Origin: the human T2T-CHM13v2.0 reference genome, Homo sapiens
Strand: one strand, 5' to 3'
DNA: 64,000 nucleotides
NCBI RefSeq assembly: GCF_009914755.1
Contig: NC_060931.1
In this document: in pieces, positions 24,801 through 39,110 of the stretch
Layout of the letters: each line of letters begins with the position of its first letter
Position numbering within the stretch: position 1 is the stretch's first letter
Made by a program: the position numbers and the translations under genes
Notes under the pieces: generated by a model
What the model was told of the DNA's origin: nothing
Databases searched by the model: none
What the model saw: only the letters and a program-made list of their open reading frames with translations

Positions 24801-25739
24801 TTATATTGATAAGTATAATATGTTATACAGAACTGATTCTTCATTTTTTTTCTGCTGTGGCAAATTATTTTCGTTAACAAGAGTGAATACAGTTTAAATG
24901 TTGAAAAGCACATTGCTGTGAAGAAAATGAATTCCCAGTGGTTTAAGAGATCTCAGCATTTTTTTAGTTTATTAATGTTCTTCAATTTGCTTTAATTTCT
25001 GTCATGAAAGACTTAAAATGTACGTTGTGTTGTTAATGTTGATTTAAAATTTATTTAAGTTTTTAGTGTTTCCTCTTGAAGATTTTTCTAATGGAAGTCT
25101 ATAAGATTATACCATTAGAATGTCTTAAAGATTTTTTTTTCTTTTTTAGCAGATTAAGGAAATTAACTTTGAATTCCCCAAAGAAAGAATGCTACTAGAA
25201 ATATCTTAAAGATTTTCTGGTATTTAATTTTATGTTTATTTGATGGCATTCTCTGTGAAAGTTTTCTTTATTATTTTAGCTTTGTATCATTTTAGTATAC
25301 ACACCCAACGATAGCCATCATTTTGCAACTTTTTCTCAACCTTAAAAAAAAAAACTTTCTTAAAATGTATTTTAGGGGTAGGAAAAAATCAGTGGTAGAC
25401 ATATTTTGGAGAAAGCACTTATAAAATTTCTCACTGGCAGATAGTGAGGAAAAACTTACAGTACACTAATCCAAATATCTTACCATCTTAACATATGTAG
25501 ACTGTCATAAAATCATCTCATTTTTTTTTAAAAAAAGATCCCCAACATCTTTAAGAACCATTCCTCACTATTACCTCACCCAAATTTATGTTCCAGGATT
25601 TGGTTGATCTATGTCTGTATGCCTGTAGCTAACTCTTCACTTCCTTTTTGTTTTCAATTTTTTTCCTTATGGAGTCTACCTTTAGTTTAGCTAAATGGCA
25701 ACAAAAAATGATCTTGTTCTATACATATAGTTTGTACAG

Positions 25740-26378
25740 CCACTGCTACCAATCTGGCCAGATACACCATCATCTCCTACTTGAACTGTGGCAATAACTA
25801 CTTAGTTGATCCTGCTTCTTCTCCCTCCAGGCACCGCAGTTTATTCTCCACACAGCAGAGTGATCTTTTGAAAATATGTCTGTGTTCCTCTTGTATAAGC
25901 CTTCCAAAAGCTTCTTATGTCTCTCAGAATAAAATAGATGTTACATAAGGTCTTGTTGTTTTTTCTCTCATTTGGCCTACTGTGGACATATAAACCTCCT
26001 TGATATTCCTAAAAGCAAGATAAGCTGACTCCTACTCCAGAGCTTTTCTCTGGAATGATCTATCCTCCTGTATCTTCACTAACTTCAGGAGGTCTCTGCT
26101 CAAACATATCCTTGTTAGAGAAGCCTTCTCTAACTGTCCAATATAAAGTAACAAATCCTCATGGATCACTCTACCTTTACCATATTTTATTTTTCTTTAT
26201 GGTACTATCATTAACTGACATTTAGAAAACATGTTTATTTAACATCTTTTCCCCCAGTGGCATGTAGGTTCCATGGAGCCAGGGATTTTGTTTTGCTTTG
26301 GTTTAACTCAATACTTAGAACAGTGCCTGGCACTTGGGAAGAGCCCCATAAGTAAATGTCGAATGAAGGAATGAATGT
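25740..26378 (+). mobile_element. L2a 3' portion
   Basis: ctccacacagcagagtgatcttttgaaaa ... agaacagtgcctggcac ... gaatgaaggaatgaatg tail. Confidence 0.75.
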
Positions 26379-27479
26379 TTCATAGGAGGCCAAAGAAGTT
26401 ACTTCCATCTATATCATTGCATAACTTGCTTTGAAATTACTTTTTACTTTTTTTTTTTTATCCTACACCCATTTTATATCATATCACATTGGGAAACACT
26501 GTTCGTTACTGGCAAAGTCATGGCCCTCATCTCAGGTGAGTATACTTCAAGTTCCATTTTCTATATCCCATTTAAATATAGATTTTAAAATCTATATTTT
26601 AAATTATTGATCTGAGAAACAACATAACACTTAAATTTTGAAAGTTGTGAGTGAATATTTGTGGTTTTGGACAACAAACTTTTAGTAGTTCAGTGCTCTA
26701 ATATAATAATATTTACCGAAAGTTAAACTGATGGATTTGATCATAACATTCATCATTATACCTTAACATGAATAGAATTAAGTGTATGTAAATATTTCTA
26801 ATGGGTAAACTATGAATACAGCAAGGACAAGCCAAGTATTTCTGTTATTTTTTATGGGGAAAGATGGAGGGAAATGGGTCAAATCAGGATCTCTTCTGGG
26901 ATTTATAACCACATTTAGATGACTTTACTTCTTTGCATTGGAAAACATACTGTAAGTTTACAAATTCTGTTTTCTTTCCTTTTTTCAGTATATATACTTA
27001 AACAGACCAGATTAAAGATTTGTGATTTGATGAAAACTCCAAGTCTTTAAAGTTAAAATCCCACTGTTTAGCTTGCTCAAATTGCTTTTGAATACGAAGT
27101 CATGAATAAGTGATACAGCCCTCCATATAACACCACACTAATACACAAATATTTTCATATAAGCATAATGCCCTACAGATCTCCCTCTCACATACTTTGT
27201 TCATATTTAAAATTGCACTAACTTGCTCAGAAATTTTATTCTAAACGTCTTGAGAATATGAAAAGGAGGCTATAATATTTTCTGTTGATAATGAAGGAGA
27301 ATGTCTCCCTTCTTAGCCTACTTCCTTTCTTCCTTTCATTTTTCTCTTTCCTTTTTCCCCTCCACAGACTGAAAATAATTCTGACATACCATTAGTGATA
27401 TGTGGCCCTTGGGAAACTGAAGCCAGGCAAAGTGGGTTTTATACATAATTACCCCTCTTTTCCTCTTTTAAAAAATTAT

Positions 27480-27692
27480 TTTTACTTTTTTCTTTTGAGA
27501 CAGAGTCTCGCTCTATTGACCAGGCTGGAGTGCAGTGCTGTGATCACAGCTCATGGTAACCTCGCCCTCCTGGGCTCAAGTGATCCTCTCCCCTCAGCCT
27601 CTGCAGTAGCTGGGACCACAGGCACACCATCAAGCCTCACTAAATTTTTAAAATTTTATAAAGATGAGGTCTCGCTATGTTGTCCAGGTTGG
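27480..27692 (-). mobile_element. 5'-truncated AluJ
   Basis: ttttgagacagagtctcgctct...; right arm plus part of the left arm. Confidence 0.85.
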
Positions 27693-29944
27693 GAAAAAAA
27701 ACCCACAAAACTATTAACTCACACCTACTCCCATTCCCTTGCCCCTTAAATGCCCAGTGTCCTCCATGTTGTGACCTGGCTATTCCAAATCTCAGTGAAC
27801 TCTCCTTTCCTTGTTGCGAGTAGGAAATTTTACATTAAAGGACATGTATGATGATAATAATGCATATAAGACTGAGAATGAAGATGAATAGTTGTGAAAA
27901 GTATCTAGTTATTATCCCACATCGTTAAATAGCCAGCATGGTTTACTATAAAGAGTAATCCATGTTGAGTGCTGGGAGACTTGCATTCTGGTACTATACC
28001 TGTCTATAACTATTGCATGATATTGGGTGAGTCATTTCCTCCAAAAGATACTACAGTAGCTTTTAAATTACTTCCAATTAAAACATTTTAAGAAATGCAT
28101 GGAATCAAATCTAAAGCTATTTGTATAACATGTTTTCTTCCTGATACCCCATGAACATACACTGAAGAATGAGAGAAGATATTTCCTAAAATAAAAACTA
28201 TTTAAACAAAGAAAAATGACCACAGTCACTTTGCTAGTGAAGCTCAAAGGGCTGAGTTAAATTTTTAAAGGGTTTTTTTTTTTCAGCTGTCTTATCCTAA
28301 TAGGTATCTTAAGATCATTCCCCTCCTTCCCAGTCAGAAATGGACCCTCCCCTTATTTAGACATAATGGTAAGACAATGAGAGAAGGTAGAGTGCATGTG
28401 GAGTTGATCACATTAGGATTAAGAAACATAAATATCCACCTGGCATTCTTTTCCCTGACGCTTCTATCATTACCATCCATAAATACTAATTTATTCACAA
28501 TGTTGTGTTGGTCCTGTGCTCATTTATATATTTAGCTGTTGGTGGCACCAGTCGAGAAATCAAGTGGGGAGTGGATAAGCTGTTTGATAAACTTCGTCTT
28601 TTTAAAATTAGAGCTCTCCTTTTTAATGGACTTTACATGCACAGACATACATTATCCAGTCTATGCATTGTGCTACATTAGAAGGAAACACAACTCCAAC
28701 TGTGGGAATACTACATATCTTTGCTGTAGTTTGGCTTAATGGGAAGGGCACAGGGGTTTTATACAGTGCACCACATAAGAAGTTTTGACCTAAATCTCTT
28801 GAGACATCTTTCTTCTTCCCTTTGGGTCTGCCAAAAAGTATATTTAGAGCTTCATCTAGGTTGTTTTTTCCCTACTTTGCTTTCCCAGTCCCCATCACGT
28901 GACATATACATCATGCAACATATACATACTTCATGAAGTGTGCGAAGGCGACTTTCTTTGTCACCATCAGCTCACTATGCAGATTCAGCACAACCAAGGA
29001 AAGCCGGGGATAATAATTATGGTAGTTTTTAGCAGTGATGTAAGCTTTCAAATACTCATACATTTCAATACATTTTACATTGTTAAATGTTACAAAGAAT
29101 GTTTATTCCTATGACTAAAAATGAAATTAACTCAACAGTCTGACTTTGTTATCCCAAATAAAATGGTTTTAAAACGTTATTGTCTTGATCAGTTTATAAT
29201 ATTCCTTTACTTCCAGAAAAGTATGCCTTTAAGTTGCCCTTTTATCCCTTCTAACTTTGCTTCTTTGTAATTTTCAATAACGTCAAGCCATCCCTAATCG
29301 TACGTGTCCGATGTTCAAAATATTCTACACACAGTAAAACGACAGTGCAATTTATTTCTAATTGGTATTAGATTTTTACATCTTTTCTCTTTGATATCTT
29401 CCTAATTGTGTCCTGAAAACATCTCATTCCCATTGGGCTGAAATGATGCAGAATTCTAAAATACGAATAAGTATATGCACATGCTTATTCATATTATATT
29501 AAAGGAACATCATTATTATAAGGTTTGTTATTTTAAAAACAACTCATTTTTCTGGCGATGTAAGAGCAAAGTTTAAGTGCAGTTGCACAGTACTCTAGAA
29601 TATGGTAATAAAATACAGAATATGTAAGTAATACAAAATTTTAATGTTTATCTTCTTATTCCTAGAATTACATTTCTTATGGGAGGATATTTTAAAAATA
29701 GAATGTGAATGAGTAGTTTTATGTTTACATGTTAACTATTCATGAAACAGTGGAAATGCTAATTATAAAAAGCAAGTTGTTTATACATTTGACATTTAAT
29801 TTTAAAATAATACTTTGATTACTTTATTGTAGAAATTATGCTGATAATTTTCTCTCAAAATATTTACTTTTATTATGGTTTATTAATGACACAAGCCATA
29901 TTTTAATTACTCATCTTTATAATTGTTTTAAGCACTTTCATCAT

Positions 29945-30280
29945 TTTTTAATTAAAGATTATTTCCATATGGTAAAATTCACCACGTTTTAGTGTACAGT
30001 TCTTTATTTTTTGACAAACATATAGCTGTGTAATCACTACCACACTTAATATACAGAATAGTTGTATAATCCTTCAGATTTCTTCATAGGGATTTTATTC
30101 AACCCTTCCTCCCACCATCTAGTTCCTGGTAACCACTAATCTGTTTTATGTCTCTATAGTTTCGTCTTTTCAAGTCTGTTATGTAAATAGAGTCATAAGG
30201 TAGGTAGCTTTTGGAGTCATGCCTGTGTCACTTAGCGTAATGCATTTGAGATTAATTTATATTGTTGTGTATATCATTTT
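29945..30280 (-). mobile_element. L1ME/L1MB 3' end fragment
   Basis: aaattcaccacgttttagtgtacagttc...cctggtaaccactaatctg...cacttagcgtaatgcatttgaga. Confidence 0.65.
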
Positions 30281-31672
30281 TGCCCTTGCAAGTATATAGT
30301 TGCTTTTTCCTTGGAGCTTAGAATCTTCCTCTTATTTTTCATTCAAGTAAGTTTTTATATAGCCTTAAGTTACATTTAGGCTTATTAGCAGGTGCTTGGC
30401 TTATAAACAAAATGAGAGATTTTACTGGTTAATACTTTCTAAGAATTTAATCTTGAGGTCTTCACCATAGTTCTCCACCTTCCATTCCCACTTCCACCCC
30501 AGCCTCTCTTTTGCTCTCATACTGCCTTTCCTTATTCCCACAGGTGTTTGTTTTTCAAGTCATTTGCACTCCTTGTCATCTATTTGACTGATTGATATAA
30601 GACCCAGTCAGATTGCTAGTTCTTACAGAAGAAGCTCATTATCAATTGTTTAATAATGTTCTTTCACTTATTTATTCATTCCTGAATCATTGTGTGTTGA
30701 TCAATTTCTGTTAATGGCAAAACAAATAATTGAAGAATCCTAGAGTTGAAAGGAAACTTTGAGATCATGAAATAATTTTCTAATCTTCCGCCCAAGTCAG
30801 ATGAGAGGTAGAGATAGAAGTCTAGGAATCTTTGTCAAGCAGTCTTTGTCAAATTGCCTATGGGACATAGAGCATGAAAAGTGGGGATAACAAGAGAGGT
30901 AAATAAAATATATAGACAGGCTGCCAAGAACAAATTGTTAGTTTGAAAATGCTAAGCTGAAATGTAACAGAAACCGGGGAGACGATAAGCCTGGAGAAAT
31001 TGGCCAGGGGTTTGTTTTTTTAGGGACAGTTGTGCACAGTGTAAAGACATATGAACATGAAGGAGGGAATCCTCATTACCTTAGCTCTGGCTGATGACTT
31101 TCAAAAACCATAGATGGAGGCATCACATTTCCTGATTTAAAATTATATTACAAAGCTGTGGTAATCAAAACAGTATAGTACTGGCCTAAAATCAGACACA
31201 TAGACCAGTGGAACAGAATAGAGAGCCTGGAAATAAATCCAAATGGTCAACTAATTTTTGGAAAGGACACCAAGAGGACACAATGGGGAAAGTATAATCT
31301 CTTCAATAAACGGTGCTGGGAAAACTGGATTTCTGCATGCAAAAGAATGAAATTGGACCCTTATCTTACACCAGATACAAAAGTCAATTCAAAATGGATA
31401 AAAGACCTACATGTAGGACTAGAAATTATAAAACTCCTAGAAGAGAACATAGGAGAAAGACTATTGGCCTTGGCAATGATTTTTTTTGGAAGTCACACCA
31501 AAAGCTCAGGCTACAAAAACGAAAATAAATAAATGGGACAACTAAAAAGCTTTTGCACAGCAAAGGCATCAGTTAAAGTGAAATGGCAGTCTACAGACTG
31601 GGAAAAATATTTGCAAATTTTATCTCTGGTAAAAGGTTAATATCCAAAATTTTAAAAGAACTCATATAACTA

Positions 31673-32179
<507 letters not shown>

Positions 32180-32475
32180 TCAAAAGATAACAAATGTCGT
32201 GCTTCTGTGCAGAAAAGGCACCTCTTGTCCGCTTTGGTGTGAATGTAGATTGGTATGCCCATTATGGAAAACAGTATGGAGGTTTCAAAGAAAATTAAAG
32301 ATAGAACTATCATATGACCCACAAATCCCTCTTCTAGGCATATACCCAAAGGAAATGAGATCACCCCATAAAGATATCTGTACTCACATGCTCATTACAG
32401 TATTATTCACAGTAGCCAAGATATGGAAATAAGTGTTCATCAACAGATGAATGGATAAAGAAACTGTGGTATATT

Positions 32476-32578
32476 CAGTTTTCCTTTGGTTTCTGCGGAG
32501 CATTGGTTCCAGGACCTCCCTTGGACACCAGAATCCAAGGATGCTCAAGTCTCTGATATAAAATGGTATAGTGTTTGT
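32476..32578 (+). mobile_element. MER2 (TcMar-Tigger) terminal fragment nested in L1MA
   Basis: cattggttccaggacctccc...aatccaaggatgctcaagtctctgatataaaatgg matches the recalled MER2 end. Confidence 0.75.
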
Positions 32579-33604
32579 GGGAATGGGGCTTGGGGAGGAA
32601 ATGGGGACATGTAGGCCAAAGGATACAAAGTCACAGATACGTAGGATGAATAAGTCTAAAGATCTAATATACAACATGAGGGTTTTGGGTAATAAAATTG
32701 GGATTCATTTAACTGAAGATTTTAGCTGGTCCTGCCAGCAAATCAAAATTGATGACTACTTGAGGTAATCAATATGTTAATTTGCTTCACTATAGTAATC
32801 TTTCTACTGTCTATGTATATTCCATAATATCATGTTGTATACTTTAAAAACGCACAATAAAAATTATTTTTTAAAAACCTGCCATGAGTGAAGAACTTGT
32901 TTTTGTAATGTCTAATATTTGAAAAAAATTAATTGATACAAAGTTCTTCCTTACAGTGAATTGGAATCAACCATTATTTTTAGCTCTGTGCTTTGTATTT
33001 ACACAGGATGTTTTACATAGATAACTTTTTAGACATCTGAAAAATTTTCATTTCCTCAGAATTTTTTCTATGCTGAAGAAGTCTTTTCTTCACTTATTCT
33101 TTATGTATTAATATTCATGTTTGCTAAAAATCCATATTTGCTGAAGTTTTCCTTTAAAATGTTGTGTCCAGAACTAAATACCGTACTATAAGTGTTGCCT
33201 AATATAGAAATATTAAAACTTTATCTCAATTTTTCTCTAACAGATGTGTCACATTGTTAATGAAACTGAAACTCATTTTTTGATAAATTGCAATTTATAT
33301 ACCATCTGAATAATTTATTCTTAAAGTAAGATTTGTATCTCCATTAAATTTTTGTTTTTTAAGTTCAGTTATCCAGCATGTAAAGATTTTGAAGAAATTC
33401 TAATTCTTTTATTTATGTTAGCAATTGTGTCATCCATAATTGTGATTAATACATTTCATAGTTTTGCTCAATTATTTTAAAAATATTGAGCAAAACGTGG
33501 TTAAGAATAGAGCCTTTTTCATTTCTAGTAAGGGTGTACTCCTTCACTTGTCATTAGTCCTTTGGGTGTGATTGTTTAGCTACTGATATGTATTTGAAAT
33601 TTTA

Positions 33605-33750
33605 ATGGCTAACATTTATTGAGCAGTTAGCTTAAGCAGGCACTTTTCTAAGCACTTTGTGTGTACAAATTCATTTAATCCTCATAATCTCTTTATAAGA
33701 ATGTTATTATCCCCATTTTATGAATGGCAAGTCTGAGTCACAGATTGTCA
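33605..33750 (-). mobile_element. MIR (split by the LTR; resumes at ~34170)
   Basis: aacatttattgagc...aagcactttg...catttaatcctcataa...tatccccattttat. Confidence 0.7.
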
Positions 33751-33752
33751 AC

Positions 33753-34166
33753 TGTGAAGGGTCTGAGATTTACTCTATTTGCAAACCAGCAAATTAACCA
33801 GCCCATGTTTTGTTGATGCTCAGGAAACACAGGACTCCTGAGTCAGAGACAAGACTGTTACTAATATTATAGCAAGCAGCATGAGTTTCATGTTTGTTTT
33901 TGTGCTCTTGTCCCCCAAGTCCCACAGGAACTCTGTAGGGTGGTTTGGGTTGATGTTTCACCTTCAACAAGTTGTGTCACAAATGAGGAACCCCATGTTT
34001 AGGAAGCCCAGTCTTTTATGATGAACTGTAAGCAAATTTACTCTTTCTTTCAGAGGGTATTCCAAGGCTGTTTTTTAGACAAAAGATAGTCCAGAACAAA
34101 AGCTGCCAGTGCCTCTGCTAACAAGACATGCAGAAACAGGAGAGACCCATGAAAATTTGCCTCTCA
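33753..34166 (-). mobile_element. Solo ERVL-class LTR (LTR47-like)
   Basis: TG...CA bounded; tgtgaagggtctgagattt start and aaagatagtccagaacaaaag...gagacccatg end resemble recalled LTR47. Confidence 0.6.
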
Positions 34167-34711
34167 CCCCAGTTGTTAAGAAATTTGTCCAAAATTACAC
34201 AAATAGTAAGTTGATTTACTCCAAGTTGGCCATGACAGACTTTCTCCATACTTTTCTTGGTCCAGATATTGTGCAGCTAAGACATTTCTCTGATCTACTT
34301 ATCTAGTAACAGTGTCAGAAAAGGAAACAAGGTTTGGCATGGATTATTTTTAACATGTCTATGGCAGGTTTTTAGAAAATTTTTAAGTGCTCACAAACCA
34401 TCTGTTTAATAACCTGCTCTAGAATTTTGTTGGGGAATAGTGTCATGCTCACTGATCTTCATTTTCTAGAATCCTTTTACCTAAAAAAATAAGAGAACAT
34501 TTGCCCTTCTTATGTATTATGTCTGTTTTCCTCTATTTTGTAACTCTTCCAAGGTTATCAGCTGTGGTTCTGTGATAATATTTACAAGCCTTGAAGCTGT
34601 AATCTATTGGTCATGTATACCTGGACTTATTTAAAGTGACTCATTGTCCTCATTAATTTCTGAGCTTTGATTTTTCTTATTAATCATATTTGATTTTCCA
34701 TTTCGCTTCAA

Positions 34712-34716
<5 letters not shown>

Positions 34717-34761
<45 letters not shown>
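34717..34761. repeat. (TG)22 microsatellite
   Basis: Direct reading. Confidence 0.95.
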
Positions 34762-34762
<1 letters not shown>

Positions 34763-35169
34763 TAGAAGGCAAAAGCAGGATTCAAGTTCTGTTTCATCTC
34801 AGTTATCTGATGATAATCATGATCACCAAACAGAAGATCATCCCTTAGTTAATATTTTTTCCATACCTAAATTAGATCTTGAAGTGTCCTTAAATTTTTT
34901 GTTTTTTGGTCTATTTTATCTCATTTTGAGCATTTATTAAATATTTGAGCCATGTTTCTATACTGTTTCTTGCCATGTATGTCACTTCTAAGGTTGAAGA
35001 ATGCTTGTATAACTCTTGTGTTTCTTTGGATATTTTCTAATTTTTTCTTTGGTAGTGTTTTCTGAGTTTGGAGGATCATTATTTTACTTTAGTAATTCAT
35101 AATTTCAATAGATGAGGTGTCCCAAACCATTATTGATTTTAGAATTTTATGCTGAGCCATCATATATGA

Positions 35170-35494
35170 CAGGAGTTGATGAAATTTTTCTGTAAAGGTC
35201 TCTATAGTAAATGATATAGGCTTTGTGGACCATTGATCTCTATTGCACTTTCTCACCGCCATTATACTATAAAAGCAGTTATGGACAATACCTAAATGAA
35301 TGACTGTGCCTGTGTTCCAGAAAGGTTTATTTATGGACACTTAAACTTAAATTTCCTATAATTTTCATATTTAATGGAATATTCTCTTGATTTTTATTCA
35401 ACCATTTAAACATGTAAAAAAAAAAAACCCATTCTTACCTCACCATTCAAAATCAGGCAGTGGGCTAGTTTTAACCCATGGACCATATTTTGCT
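35170..35494. mobile_element. MER58B-like, opposite orientation to the copy at 1-307
   Basis: aaatttttctgtaaagg...tagtaaat...ggctttgtggacca...tttatttatggacac. Confidence 0.7.
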
Positions 35495-35510
35495 ACACAC
35501 ATACAAACAC

Positions 35511-35552
<42 letters not shown>
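35495..35552. repeat. (CA)n microsatellite
   Basis: Direct reading. Confidence 0.9.
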
Positions 35553-35554
<2 letters not shown>

Positions 35555-38500
35555 CAATGGTTATTCATATAAATATAGACATATCTTTTAAATCTCTGTC
35601 TCTAAAATCCATGCCACATTTCATTCACTTGCTTGGAATTATGAGCTTAACATTAACATGGACTTCCAAAAATTCTCTCACAAGCTCTTCCTTGAAATAG
35701 TTCTTCCCTTTTCATTGCAATTAAGTCTAAAGTAGTAGTTCTCAGAGATAAGAAATTATCAGTAAGTAAATAAGTTGTTCAGTGCTTGACTTTTGGTATC
35801 ATTAGTATTACAATATAAATTTGGATAATAAAGTACAATGACCAGCTGAATCTTCGGAGATCTAGATAGTGAACCATGAATAACAATTACATAATTTTAC
35901 CAGAGTTCAGGGCCGAACAAAAATGTGAGAAATGTCTCCAGACAGGTAACAGAGTCATGAAGCTTCAGAAACAGCATTGGCAGCATTAAGTATGAGATAA
36001 AGCTTTGTCACAATCCAGAGGTATTTCTGTGTTATTTGTTAAGTCAGGACATGGGTAGCCCATTGGCCCAGGGTGCAATTAGATTAGTGAAGTATCTGAC
36101 TGGAATGGGACATTGGGAAGCTGATTACACCAGGGCTCTCAAGCAGCCAGATAATGAGGTTTTCTTCTGTGTCTTTGGGTAAAAAGGATCTCCAGCTATA
36201 TTTATTTACAGTGGCTCTTTAGGTTTTAAAAAATGTATTCTGGTATTTATTTATTTTTTTTAAGATAACTAAAACTAACCTTGCCTAGTCTGTGTAGAGG
36301 AATGTTTCTGTTCTTATTTTTGATGTAAACCTTGTAGATTACACAATTTCAGCTGGGGGAAATGGGGGAGATGAACGAAAAGACTGAAAATGAGGATTGG
36401 AAAGTTCTTTTCCTTTATGTGTTATGTTCTTTCTTCCTTGCTATGGGCAAATCCACAATACTCAGCTAGCTAATGGATTGTTTAACTACTTCTTTCTTCA
36501 GAATATGTATCTCTTTTTGACAGGAGATTTGATTTAGAGGTAACATTTGTTTCCTTTTATATATGAAAGACTTGTAAATTGAACAAAATAATTTCATTTT
36601 TTCCCTTGGGAATTGTTATCTATTTTTATCACCATTTTTCAACATCTTAAATAAGGATTTTGTGATTTTTGACTTCCAACTAACCCATAATAGCCATTCC
36701 TTCAATCTCCCCCTTTGAATTCATTTTGAATTTTCTTTGACTAAATTCTCTTATGTGAACTCTATTCTTATCATTTTAAGGCTCAGAAGACATTCTTCTA
36801 TACTATAATACTGAATTTCTTTGTGAAGTAATTTAGTTCAGAATTATATGATTTCTGTATTTCTGAGTGTTTAAGATTTTTGGTTCGTAGGTCTAGGTGG
36901 TTGCCATTGTGCTGAATGAAAGTCCTTTTTATGATGGTGTACTTGTTGCTTTACCAAAATTATGGGCAGCATGGCTTTCAGAAGAGAAGTATTTTTAAAT
37001 AAAGCACTTATTTAAAAATACAGCCTAATCTCTTTTAGAATTAAGACAACAAGAAGTGAAATATTTATGAGTCAGGGCTTGGCTGTATGAGAAAATACAG
37101 GCAAGGCTGTGGTTTTGTTACATTACTTACAGTTACTGTGTGACCTAAAAAATGAAAAGTGCAAAAAGACCTAATGCAGTCAGGTATGGGGGCTGTTGAG
37201 ATATGCATGGCTAATTATCTATTATGGTCTTCCTCAGAGTGAAGTTCTCTTTTTATTTTTAGAAAATGTTAATGGAGGATGAGGAAATACAACTAGAGGT
37301 AAAATACTGTTGATAGCATAGGTGATGAAAATTTAAGAAAAATGTGATTGAAAAACTATTGATATGTACATTTTGTAGTCTTTATTTCCTTAAAGAGCTC
37401 TATTGTTATTTCTCTTTTTCAGTCATGTTTTCCAACAAGAACACTTAATCATTTTAACTAGTTATTAATTTACATTTCACTATGTGGTAGTAAAAGTTAA
37501 AGTAAACTTAGAATGTTTCTTGATGTGGCAGTTGTATTCTCCCTTGCAAAATGCCTAAGTAAATTATGACAAACCAAGCTAAATATAGCATTAGTTGGAG
37601 TCACTTTTTATTGTTAGAAAATAAATACATTTATTCAAATAAAGATATCTTATATGTTTTAACATAATAAGATTGTAAAATGTTATCATGATGCTGAGGA
37701 AATATCTTGAATATAATTTAAAAATGTGAAAAATTAACTGTGGTAATTTTGCGATTCATAGTAATAATTTAGGGAAAACTGTTAAAATGCCAACTCCCAT
37801 GGACGTCTGATCTGTATATTCTGGTTTTGAGTTTCTATTACTAATCTAAAAGAAATCAGTAATTTCACATATAGAAAACAAATTATATAAAGGAGGGAAT
37901 ACTCTGAGACTGAGAAGGGAAGACAGGGATTGAGAAAAATGGAGAGAGAAATGATGAGATAGTCGTGGGTTTGTCTAAAGACTGGCACATTTTAGTTTGT
38001 ACCAGTTTTTGTGTAATTTTTTCTGTGACATTTCAGTTAATTTTTTTAGCCTTTTGTCTCAATATATACATTATTTTAGTGGTTAGTTTAAAATTACACA
38101 AAATAAAGTCAGTTTGGGGAATCATCTGAAGAATTTCATTAAGTCTTTTTCAGTCAAACATATTGAAGTCTAGACAGCTTTCCAAAGTTTGTCAGTTGGC
38201 TGTTTGGAATTGGGAATACACGTTTTCCATAGAAAAAGAATGTTCTAAAATTAGTTTGTGATAAAAATTGTGTTGTGATACTAGTACTTAAGACAGAAAA
38301 AGTAATTTAGTTTATTTATTTTAAATGCTTGTGGTGGTTGATGCTAACTAGTTCATGGACCTCCCAACTAGCCAGATGCAGTTTCTTCTTTTGTAAACTC
38401 TCATTTTCCACAGAGAATTTCTTAATCACCTGGCTTCTGAACATTCTTCCTTCAGTTTCCCTTGAGAAATGGGTCATCTCACATTATTCTCTGAGGTGAA

Positions 38501-38914
38501 TTTAGAATCTGAGGTAAAGCTTTGGGTTTGGAGGTGGCCCAGACCTTTGAGCATGAGTTCTAATTTTATAAGATGGCTGACGAGACGATTAAGGCAGATA
38601 TATCTTCTCTGCAGATAAGAAAATAACAGAAATTATTATACCTAAGGTTATGTGGCTGGTAAATAGCAAAGCCCAGAGTAAGTGAGTCGTCTGCCTCTTC
38701 CTGGTCTAGTGCTCTTTCCTCTGTATATTTCACACTACTTCTCATGAATTGAGAATCTGAGTCTTCAGAATGTTTCTTAGATGTTAACTGCCTGGAAAGC
38801 AGAAACGATGTCTTCTGTTGCTTCTGTAGTTTTTTGCAGCATTTGTGTCCACACAGTGGAGGCTCAGCAGGAATATTTGTTAATGGAGATGTGGACTTAA
38901 CTTCATGGAAGGAG

Positions 38915-39110
38915 GCTTTGGCATCAGACAGATGGAGAGCAAATTCTAGGCGCAGCTACATCCTTGCTGCGTGACCTTGGGCAAGTTCTTTCATCTGTGA
39001 ACCTAATTTTTATCTCACCTGTAAAATATAGACAAAATAACTATATTGTAGTATTTTTATATGAATTTAAAACCATATTTGTAAACATCCAACATAGTAA
39101 CTGCCAGGTA
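38915..39110 (+). mobile_element. MIR
   Basis: ggctttggcatcagacaga...gctgcgtgaccttgggcaagtt...ctcacctgtaaaat. Confidence 0.7.

Noticed and set aside
26386-26535. Possible cryptic exon ending at the perfect donor CAG|GTGAGT
   Set aside because: The upstream acceptor is weak and the internal T-tract lacks a nearby AG
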